Origin: Bdellovibrionales bacterium
GTDB taxonomy: Bacteria; Bdellovibrionota; Bdellovibrionia; Bdellovibrionales; UBA1609
Assembly (NCBI GenBank): GCA_965199825.1
Contig: CBDATP010000001.1
Span: 1-11,999, forward strand
DNA length: 11,999 nt
Reading direction: 5' to 3'
The position numbers and the translations under genes are program-made. The notes under the pieces were generated by a model. That model was not told where the DNA came from. It made no database searches and saw nothing but the letters and a program-made list of their open reading frames with translations. Position 1 is the stretch's first letter. Each line of letters starts with the position of its first letter. Below, piece after piece: positions 1 to 7,926 of the stretch.

Positions 1-90
1 GGCGTGATCGAAGAGAGTTATCCGTTTCTCGAGTGCGCGACCGGCTAAACCGCCTGGCCGCTCACCAACAATCAAAATCTGTACACTTCA
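1..90 (+). repeat. 3' end (U5) of an upstream LTR copy, truncated by the window edge
   Basis: Identical to 7519-7608. Ends in ...ACACTTCA, followed by AA and TGGTGGAGGCGCCGG. Confidence 0.93.
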
Positions 91-92
91 AA

Positions 93-107
93 TGGTGGAG
101 GCGCCGG
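93..107 (+). promoter_or_regulatory. Truncated tRNA-Ala primer-binding site (15 nt)
   Basis: TGGTGGAGGCGCCGG lies 2 nt after the LTR end. Identity with the second copy stops at 107/7625. Confidence 0.85.
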
Positions 108-129
108 TCTTTCCTAAAGTCCTTCCCGT

Positions 130-3100
130 TTGCTGATGAGACCGTTTGATAATGACATGGAAATCGCCCACGAAGGATTGAATTTCAAAGGAACAATTGA
201 TTTGGGTGTCCTCAGAGATCAAGGCTATGACCTGTTGATTGGCATGGATTTTATGACCCAAGTCGGCCTCATCATAGTAACACCACTCTCAACATTCATG
301 ATGAGGACCGATCTTGAGGAACTATTTCGCCAAAGTGGCCGATCGGTAGAAGACTTATCACAGAACTCATGGCAAACAAACACTGGTTTATCCACAAATA
401 AGGATACCGAACCTGAAACCCGACATATCAATCATATTTCAATCTCTGAAATTATTGATGACGATTTTGATAGAGAAGTTCGAAAGTGGACATTCCAACC
501 AAATGCAGATATCAAAACAGTCATCCAAGATGTGAGCCCGGTTCCAAATGCTAAAGAAGACGGACTATCGAACGAGAAGGAACCGTTTCCAGAAATAGAG
601 GCTCGGTGTCATACCGAATCTTTGAATTATTTCAAGCCAAGACAAATGAGACGAATTTCAGTGATTACAGATAAGCCGGTTCTCAAAACCTCCCTTGCAT
701 CAATCGATCCGGCTATGGCTGAAAAGAATTGGACGATTACTGAGGTTCTGATCCCGTCCGGAACAGATTCGTTTATTGTGTACGTCCGAAACGACTCACT
801 TAAAGCAAGATATCTGAATAGAAACGTCTCAATAGCTGTATTAGAAGATATCGACGATTCTTTGTGTGTCGAAATTCCTCCCCAAAACGAGAAGCCGAAG
901 AACTCTCGTAAACGGACTAAAAGACCAAAAACGTCTACAACCAATATTGATAAGAATCGGATCAACAACATAAATGAAGAGGTCTGGTCAGAAATAAATT
1001 CGTATCCATCGGCGTCCATGACGTTTTTCACCCAATATGAAAGAGAATTAAAAGAAGATGACCCGTATTTCTCTGATTGTATCGATCAAGAATTTCTAAA
1101 GGACTACGACGTCAGCCCGGATCTGATCCCTCGAGACCGATTGTTGATGCAAAGATATCTTCAGAATAATCGTGACATTTACGTATTCCCGGGTGACCCT
1201 CTAGGACGAGTAACGGTCTGGAAACATAAGATCCCGACTGGCGACCATCCGCCCATCAAACAAAACCCGTACCGTTTCTCGGAAGTTCAAAAAGCGGAAG
1301 TCGAAAAGCAAGTGTCCGAAATGATCAGACTGGGAGTCATAGTCCCAGCGGTCACTGGTTGGTCTTCTCCAGTCACCTTAGCTCCTAAGCGAGACGGGAC
1401 ATGGCGTTTCTGCATCGACTACCGCAGACTTAACGATATAACACGAAAAGACTCGTTTCCAATCCCGCGTCTCGACGAAGCTTTATCTGTTATGCGCGGA
1501 TGCGACCGATTCTCAGTGCAAGATGCACAATCTTGCTTTTGGCAAATCCCGATGCATAGGGATGACCAACCAAAGACAACTTTCACTTGCCATTTAGGAA
1601 CGTTTATGTTCCGAATGATGCCTTTTGGTCTCACAGGAGCACCTGCTAGCTGCGTCCGAGCAATGACCCGGATTTTCCATAACCTCGAAAGACGGATCGG
1701 ATTCATTTATATGGATGATCTAATATGTTTCTCCAAAGGCGTCGACGAACACATTCGAAGGTTAACAATTTTAGCAGAACGTTGCCGTAAATATGGCCTC
1801 AAGATGCGGGCGGACAAGTGCACATTTTGTTACCCAACCGTTTCTTATCTTGGCCATAAGATAAGTGGCGATAGAATCCGGCCCGATCTCGATAGGCACG
1901 CCGCAATACTCAAGAAACCGATACCCACTAATATCAAAGAACTCCAGTCATTTCTTGGCTTCGCGAACTTTTTTAGAACTTTTATCGTCAATTTCGCCCA
2001 TAAGGCTAAACCACTGACACAACTCCTTCGGAAAACAGTCAACTGGCATTGGGAAGCGGAGCAAGAGAAAGCTCACCAAGAACTCATTCAAGATCTGACC
2101 AATCCGCCGGTTTTGGCACACTATAATCCTGAGTCCGAAATAGAAGTAAGAGTGGACGCTTCTGATGAAGGACTGGGATGCGTCTTGGTCCAAGTCGACA
2201 AAGATGGAAAACGGCAACTACTCGCTGCCTATTCCCGCACATACTCGTCATACGAAGAGAACTATGCGATTACTCACAAAGAATGCCTTGGCATATTGTT
2301 CGGTATCCGTCAAGCTCGACCATACATTTTCGGCCGCCACTTCACAGTTGTGACTGACCATTGTGGTTTGTGTTTTTTAATGAAAGCTCGTGACCTAAGT
2401 GGCCGGCTCGCAAGATGGGCTCTGGAATTAGCCGAGTACGATTTTAAGATTTTGTATAACAGCGGTAAAACACACGGAGATGCCGATTTTCTTTCAAGGA
2501 ACATCAAGAAATGTAACATTCTGCATTCAGAGATTCGTTATCATGAAATTCAAAGGAACATGTCATTCGAACTGAGAACAAGACTAGAACCTGTTTCTGA
2601 ACAAATTATGCAGGAATGGAGTCCTCCAAACACAATGTGTAAACAGAAAGAAGACAACATATTGGGACCGATTATGAGAAAGTTATCCGGAGAAATAACG
2701 GTTAGCGAAAGAGAACGACAATCACTTGAAAAACGATATACGATCAAAAACGGACTTTTATTCCAAACATCAAAACAAGGACATAGAGAGGTTGATCGAC
2801 TATATATCCCTCGATCACTCATCAGGAATGTGCTCTATGTACTGCATGACTTGCCAACGGCTGGCCACTTCGGCTTTGCCAAGACTCTTTGGAAGGCAAG
2901 GCAATATTGCTTTTGGCCGTTCATGACCATAGATATTCTCGGTTACGTTAAATCGTGCCACGAATGCCAATTTAGAAAAATGCCCAATTCTAAACCCAAT
3001 GGGCCGCAACTCAAAACAACGCCGCTTTCCGATAACGTCATGAAAACGATTTCCATTGACTTAATCGGCCCACTCACACATACAGATGGCGACAATAGAT

Positions 3101-3993
3101 ATATCCTGACAATAACCGATCAGTTGAGCAAATTCGCCATTGCAGTACCCTTATATGAGACGAAAGACATTGATATTATGGACGCATTAGAACGGCACGT
3201 TTTCTATAGATATGGACCACCCGCCGTCTTACTTAGCGACCAAGGAAGAAATCTCTGTTCAAATAATTGTGAACGTTTTTACGAATCATGGGGAATAACA
3301 CACGTCACAACGACCCCCTACCATCCGTGTTCCAATGGACAATGTGAAAAATTTAATGGAACTTTGGCCGTTCTACTCGCAACTCAAATTAAGGGCGAAG
3401 ATGAAAGATGGGACGTTTTTGTTGACTCTGTCGTTTATTCTTATAATATGACCATATCGGCCAGCACCGGTTATAGCCCATTTTATCTTATGTTCGGCCG
3501 GCAAGTAGACTCACCACATATGATGAAATTAGGATGTCAATCCGCCGAGACAGCTCAAGGATCGGACATAATTCAAGATAGAAAACGAGCACTCGAAAGA
3601 ATGAAAACTGTCCAAGAACGGAACATGGAAACTGCCAATAAGAATCGTTCTCTTACGAATTTCAAAGTCGGAGATCTAGTTCTCCTGTTATCTCATCCCC
3701 TCTTGACACAAAGATCGGCCAAACTACACTATCGTTATTTGGGCCCATTTAAGATTTTGAAGAAATTATCTGAAAATGTGTTTGAAATTCAATGTTTGGA
3801 AGGGCGAAAACAAATCAAGATAATAAACGTCATCAATTTAAAGAAGTTTTATTCAAGAGACGATTTTCGACTTCAGTGCGAACGGGATGGCCCGATTATC
3901 GCACAAATTGATCAAATGTCACGTACACCTCCCTGTGGAGATTCCACCCTAGCTATGTGGCATTTCAACTTATACTATCTAACCATAAACTAA
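130..3993 (+). CDS. pol: Pol polyprotein, 5'-truncated (protease C-terminal half, reverse transcriptase, RNase H, integrase with GPY/F module)
   Basis: Protease C-half DLLIGMDF. RT motifs WRFCIDYRRLN, MPFGL and YMDD (1708-1719). RNase H DAS (2155-2163), KECLGI, TDH, ADFLSR. Integrase HHCC (H 2845, CHEC 2956-2967), SIDL / SDQG / NGQCE, and GPF (3742-3750). No D(T/S)G catalytic motif is visible. There is an in-frame TAA at 115-117 and the first ATG is at 136. Confidence 0.96.
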   Translation: MLMRPFDNDMEIAHEGLNFKGTIDLGVLRDQGYDLLIGMDFMTQVGLIIVTPLSTFMMRTDLEELFRQSGRSVEDLSQNSWQTNTGLSTNKDTEPETRHINHISISEIIDDDFDREVRKWTFQPNADIKTVIQDVSPVPNAKEDGLSNEKEPFPEIEARCHTESLNYFKPRQMRRISVITDKPVLKTSLASIDPAMAEKNWTITEVLIPSGTDSFIVYVRNDSLKARYLNRNVSIAVLEDIDDSLCVEIPPQNEKPKNSRKRTKRPKTSTTNIDKNRINNINEEVWSEINSYPSASMTFFTQYERELKEDDPYFSDCIDQEFLKDYDVSPDLIPRDRLLMQRYLQNNRDIYVFPGDPLGRVTVWKHKIPTGDHPPIKQNPYRFSEVQKAEVEKQVSEMIRLGVIVPAVTGWSSPVTLAPKRDGTWRFCIDYRRLNDITRKDSFPIPRLDEALSVMRGCDRFSVQDAQSCFWQIPMHRDDQPKTTFTCHLGTFMFRMMPFGLTGAPASCVRAMTRIFHNLERRIGFIYMDDLICFSKGVDEHIRRLTILAERCRKYGLKMRADKCTFCYPTVSYLGHKISGDRIRPDLDRHAAILKKPIPTNIKELQSFLGFANFFRTFIVNFAHKAKPLTQLLRKTVNWHWEAEQEKAHQELIQDLTNPPVLAHYNPESEIEVRVDASDEGLGCVLVQVDKDGKRQLLAAYSRTYSSYEENYAITHKECLGILFGIRQARPYIFGRHFTVVTDHCGLCFLMKARDLSGRLARWALELAEYDFKILYNSGKTHGDADFLSRNIKKCNILHSEIRYHEIQRNMSFELRTRLEPVSEQIMQEWSPPNTMCKQKEDNILGPIMRKLSGEITVSERERQSLEKRYTIKNGLLFQTSKQGHREVDRLYIPRSLIRNVLYVLHDLPTAGHFGFAKTLWKARQYCFWPFMTIDILGYVKSCHECQFRKMPNSKPNGPQLKTTPLSDNVMKTISIDLIGPLTHTDGDNRYILTITDQLSKFAIAVPLYETKDIDIMDALERHVFYRYGPPAVLLSDQGRNLCSNNCERFYESWGITHVTTTPYHPCSNGQCEKFNGTLAVLLATQIKGEDERWDVFVDSVVYSYNMTISASTGYSPFYLMFGRQVDSPHMMKLGCQSAETAQGSDIIQDRKRALERMKTVQERNMETANKNRSLTNFKVGDLVLLLSHPLLTQRSAKLHYRYLGPFKILKKLSENVFEIQCLEGRKQIKIINVINLKKFYSRDDFRLQCERDGPIIAQIDQMSRTPPCGDSTLAMWHFNLYYLTIN

Positions 3994-4176
3994 TGTGCAT
4001 GGACACGAGTTTATTAGCACGTCCTTCACCTTTCAATCATTTAATAATTGTTACAACACCAGAAAATTCATTTTAATATTCTCGATCCAAAATATTTCTA
4101 AAGTTACCGTTTTTCGAATTAGATTATTTATTGTGATCACAACAACTGCGATAAACCTATAAACAGAAAAGTCTAG

Positions 4177-4310
4177 TAGCGCCATCTGGTTGACGCTTCT
4201 TGACTTGTTAAAACACGTGCTCCCCTAGCAACCAATAGGCTTAACTCCCGCCATTGTTGTTGCTGTGCAATCTGTTATTTATATAGTCTTCGAGCACATT
4301 ATCATTAGTG
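4177..4310 (+). promoter_or_regulatory. Putative internal Pol II promoter/insulator for the extra ORF
   Basis: CTCF-like TAGCGCCATCTGGTTG (4177-4192), CACGTG (4214-4219), CCTAGCAAC/CCAAT (4224-4236), CCGCCAT (4248-4254), TATATAG (4280-4286) and Inr-like TCATT/TTAGT (4302-4309), in plausible order and spacing. Confidence 0.5.
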
Positions 4311-4574
4311 ACCACCAAAGTAGTCAATTTGAGTCCATTACCCGTTCAAACCTGTCCAACATCGTCGGTAAGACTAAATAAAGACTGCCATATATTCTGC
4401 CGATCACTCGGCCGGTTCCTAAACCTCATTTTCCCTTTGATGGTCGAAATTAATCCTTTCATTTGCAACTGATACTGATTAACCTTTACGGAGCGACTTC
4501 GGCATAAAACAAATCGAATTAAACGGTTATCCACCTGTACGAAGCAGTCTCCATCACCTGGCCGACGGTCAACG

Positions 4575-6587
4575 ATGAGCACAGAAACAATTAAAGCGGA
4601 TGGTGTGCCACATGTCCTTCTAGAGGTCGAAACCGGACCATCCCTTACTGTCACTGTTTCCGAAAATGACCTGAACCGAATTCTGCACTCGAAAGTGACC
4701 TCCGTTTCTGCAAGCGATAAACAAGATCCCATTTCTGAAAGTTTGACGATTAGACACACGGAAGAAGATCTAATCGATTTAGTGAAAGCATACAGAGACA
4801 CGATCCCTAATAGTGTTGAGAAACGGATCGAGAGCGCAGAAAGTGTCAGCCATATTCACCAAAAGATCGGCTCAAGCTATTTCCAAAGGAAACGAGAAGA
4901 TCTCATCCCAATCCGTGCGCTGAAAGATATTCGGGAGAAAATTTTCACGATCGAAAACGGAGACAATATTGCCGGTTCTCAAGAAGTCCAAGGAACGGTG
5001 CCAAATCTGAAAGTTATTTCAAGTAAAAGCGAGAACCATCCAGGCTTATATATAATGCGAGAACAGAAGATCATAGAAGCCCAAAGGCAGATCAACGCTC
5101 TATCAGAATCGCTCAAAAATATCATTGAAGTCCAAAAGGCGACCGTCACCCAATTACAAGAACTAACAGACGAATCTAAAAAAGTCATCCAACAATACGA
5201 TAAAGTCTACTCCGTCGCTGAAACCACATATGGAGAACTCATTGAAGTCATAGTTGCGGTCAAAAGTCACCTGATCAATAAGGAACGTCAACAAGAATCA
5301 GAAACCGGAGACAGTGCTCGAATCTTGGCGGTTTTTAATAAGTTCCTCGATAAAGTTGAAGATCTGAATGTCGCAGAAATCAGAAATACTCTAAATGAGG
5401 ACTTCGGAGAGAAGCGGTCGATTAAGACCAACATCGGAAACGTACAATCGAAAATGCCTGAAGAATCCGAGTCCAATGTGATTAGCCCAAAATCCGACAT
5501 CAGGAAACGGATTAGGACTGATCCAGAACTGAACATCGCAATGATTGAGCTATCGGAAAAAGAGCTGGAAACGATCTTCAGCGACAAAGACCAACAAGAT
5601 GATCTTCTCGGAGGTCCTGATGATGTTAGAAAGAGTCCCAGTAATGACCGAGAAGCTGACCAAAACCGGAATGATGCTGATGACGAATCCGACAAAATGT
5701 CAGAAAAAGAATCAGAAAACGGTCATCAACCTCATCAATCTCCTAAGGCACCATCAGTTAAAGAACCGTCACCTTTTACGTCTGGAAATAAGAAGGATGA
5801 CGATCAAGAAGATGAACCTGAGCTTAACCAAGTCACTCCGGCTGACAACAAGAAGCGGTCCCGAATACGAAATAGAACGAACGAAGAATTCTTCCCAATT
5901 TTCAAGTCAGACGGCAGACAATTAATAAAGAAAATTAATACCTATGGCGAATGGCTCAGGAAAGCCGCAAAGTTAGAGTTCCTTAAAAACCTAGCAGAGG
6001 ACGAATATGGTCAGGCCTTGGCCAAAGAAATGGCAAAGATTGACACAAAAGATAAGAACGCCGTCAAAAAGGTTGAGGAAGGTCTGACCGCTTTAGAAAA
6101 AAGAATGAAGAAGGCGCGGCTTAACTTCACTCAAACCATTCGACGTCTTCACAACCGGTGGGCTCTATTCAATGGATTTAACCCCAAATTCGCCCTAACA
6201 TACCTCCGAATGGAACCACCGTTTAAAAAGACGGACCAAATAAGAAAGGGCTTGAAGAAGAAAGATCGCGATAATGTCATTAAAATAGCCACCGGTAATC
6301 AGTATAAGTCTAACATTAAAAAGATCGAGACAGCGATCAAAGATGGTGAAGGTCAGATACAACCGTTTCCAACAGAAGAAGAAATCGAAAGATTCAGGGA
6401 CGGCCACTTCGATGGAGAACCGTCCGATGACGAAGATGAAGCGAATGAGTCCGAAAATGACGACCCGGCAGACGAAAGTGATGATGAATCGGTCAACGTG
6501 CACTCGAGCGGAAAAGGAAAACGCAAAAGTGGTCAATCTTATGGTCCGTCTCTTAAAGCTCAGAAAAGAGTATCCGATTCCGAGTGA
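4575..6587 (+). CDS. Retrotransposon accessory ORF of unknown function (670 aa), in the env position but not env-like
   Basis: Intact long ORF between pol and the PPT. Coiled-coil-like segment at about aa 160-240, acidic/disordered tracts, and basic clusters KKRSRIR and GKGKRK. No cysteine, signal peptide or transmembrane stretch is visible. Confidence 0.85.
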   Translation: MSTETIKADGVPHVLLEVETGPSLTVTVSENDLNRILHSKVTSVSASDKQDPISESLTIRHTEEDLIDLVKAYRDTIPNSVEKRIESAESVSHIHQKIGSSYFQRKREDLIPIRALKDIREKIFTIENGDNIAGSQEVQGTVPNLKVISSKSENHPGLYIMREQKIIEAQRQINALSESLKNIIEVQKATVTQLQELTDESKKVIQQYDKVYSVAETTYGELIEVIVAVKSHLINKERQQESETGDSARILAVFNKFLDKVEDLNVAEIRNTLNEDFGEKRSIKTNIGNVQSKMPEESESNVISPKSDIRKRIRTDPELNIAMIELSEKELETIFSDKDQQDDLLGGPDDVRKSPSNDREADQNRNDADDESDKMSEKESENGHQPHQSPKAPSVKEPSPFTSGNKKDDDQEDEPELNQVTPADNKKRSRIRNRTNEEFFPIFKSDGRQLIKKINTYGEWLRKAAKLEFLKNLAEDEYGQALAKEMAKIDTKDKNAVKKVEEGLTALEKRMKKARLNFTQTIRRLHNRWALFNGFNPKFALTYLRMEPPFKKTDQIRKGLKKKDRDNVIKIATGNQYKSNIKKIETAIKDGEGQIQPFPTEEEIERFRDGHFDGEPSDDEDEANESENDDPADESDDESVNVHSSGKGKRKSGQSYGPSLKAQKRVSDSE

Positions 6588-6916
6588 AAATTCTAAAGGA
6601 TAATAATTATTTCCGTCCATTTATCTCGAATTATTATTTCTTATTCCAGTATTTATAACTTATTCTATTATTAATGATGATTCAAAGTATTCCGTATCTA
6701 ATTCCAAGTTAAGCTGTTTTTCAAACGTCTATTATGAACGGACACTACCGTTTCTCTAATGATTAATTTACAGATATTTTGATGTTTTTTGGATATAATC
6801 CGTTTCTTTAGAACTTTCAAACGGTTCTTATTTTTTTCAGACTTGATTTTTCTATTATTCACAATTATTTATAATCCCGATCAATAATCTCAGAGCCGAG
6901 GAACCCTCCGTTTTTC

Positions 6917-6926
6917 GAAGGGGGGG
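6917..6926 (+). promoter_or_regulatory. Polypurine tract (plus-strand primer)
   Basis: GAAGGGGGGG lies 4 nt upstream of the LTR start TGAAG and is preceded by a T-run. Confidence 0.85.
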
Positions 6927-6930
6927 CAAT

Positions 6931-7608
6931 TGAAGAAGTAAGAATCGGCCCACTGTCGAGAGAGCTACTGCTACCACAGAAGCTCTCCTCTCTCGACAGT
7001 TTGGCCCGATTCCCGACAGGAGGCGCCACTGCTGAGCAAGCACGTGTTGTGTGTTGCTCCGCCATGCTGTCGGCACTCTGGTGTTTGGGCTCGACTCGAG
7101 CAGTCGACTTCCCGGCTAATGTTCTCTTAATTGTGATTCAGTTCTAGTTCTTTCTTGATTTGTTGACAATAAAGTGATTTATTAATTAAATCAAGTGTGT
7201 TACACTCGGCCACTGGCCGCTTTCAGCGATTAAGAAGACCATCGGAGACAACACAAAGAGAAGAACGCCGAGTGCCCACGACGACCATCAGAGCCGGCAT
7301 CTGATCTGCCGTTAGGGTCAACGACCAGCAGACATCTCCTCCGCGAAAAGCCGTAGCTTCAGGTAAGCCTGACGTTGGAGTGTCTCTTGCCGTTTCCCAG
7401 CATCAGTGGTGGAGGCCCGTTTTCGGGTATTTCTCGAAGAAATCTATAAGTCCTCAAGGAACGGCTTATCAAGATCGTGCTCCGAAACCGGGCATCAAAT
7501 GGTGTAAAGTCGTTCTCTGGCGTGATCGAAGAGAGTTATCCGTTTCTCGAGTGCGCGACCGGCTAAACCGCCTGGCCGCTCACCAACAATCAAAATCTGT
7601 ACACTTCA
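6931..7608 (+). repeat. Complete long terminal repeat, 678 bp
   Basis: TG...CA ends with a 5-bp terminal inverted repeat TGAAG/CTTCA. Flanked by the PPT upstream and the PBS downstream. The last 90 bp are repeated at 1-90. Confidence 0.92.
7138..7190 (+). promoter_or_regulatory. Putative R region: initiator and polyadenylation signal
   Basis: TCAGTT (7138-7143, arthropod-type Inr), AATAAA (7168-7173) and ATTAAA (7185-7190), followed by a GT-rich stretch. Confidence 0.55.
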
Positions 7609-7610
7609 AA

Positions 7611-7666
7611 TGGTGGAGGCGCCGGGTATCGATCCCGGTACCTCTCGCATTTATCAGCGAGCTCTT
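7611..7666 (+). promoter_or_regulatory. Extended primer-binding site complementary to the 3' part of tRNA-Ala including CCA
   Basis: The reverse complement reads AAGAG-CTCGC-TGATAAAT-GCGAG-AGGTA-CCGGG-ATCGATA-CCCGG-CGCCTCC-A-CCA. This corresponds to the anticodon arm, variable loop, T-arm and acceptor strand of a eukaryotic tRNA-Ala, matched to a consensus recalled from memory. Confidence 0.88.
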
Positions 7667-7731
7667 TCCAGGAGACGCAGCAGAAACTCGAAGAGACCAT
7701 AGAATTTAAGCGAAGCCAAAACGAATCGACC

Positions 7732-7926
7732 ATGAGATACGAAGATACCCTTGAGAAAATCATTGAAATGTTCAACGCTTTTTACGCTCGGGCTAAAGCA
7801 CACATAACTGAAATGAGTCGACAGTTGGATGAAGAGGTCGATGCATTAAATGCTAGCGACGAAGACCTCGACGATTTACTTCGGGGAATTCGACGAAGAA
7901 ATGAAAACCAAAACGCGACCGCCTGA
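7732..7926 (+). CDS. Small 64-aa helical ORF upstream of and overlapping gag
   Basis: First ATG after the PBS (ACCATGA context). Amphipathic helical pattern LEKIIEMFNAFYARAKAHITEMSRQLDEEV, then an acidic and a basic tail. Confidence 0.4.
   Translation: MRYEDTLEKIIEMFNAFYARAKAHITEMSRQLDEEVDALNASDEDLDDLLRGIRRRNENQNATA

Noticed and set aside
133..165. Hammerhead ribozyme core CTGATGAG...GAAA
   Set aside because: There is no closing stem II pair or proper stems I and III around the core.
3850..3993. Integrase chromodomain
   Set aside because: The tail after the GPF module is short and lacks the aromatic-cage pattern such as Y.VKW.G.
4575..6587. Calling the third ORF env
   Set aside because: No signal peptide, cysteines or transmembrane anchor are visible.
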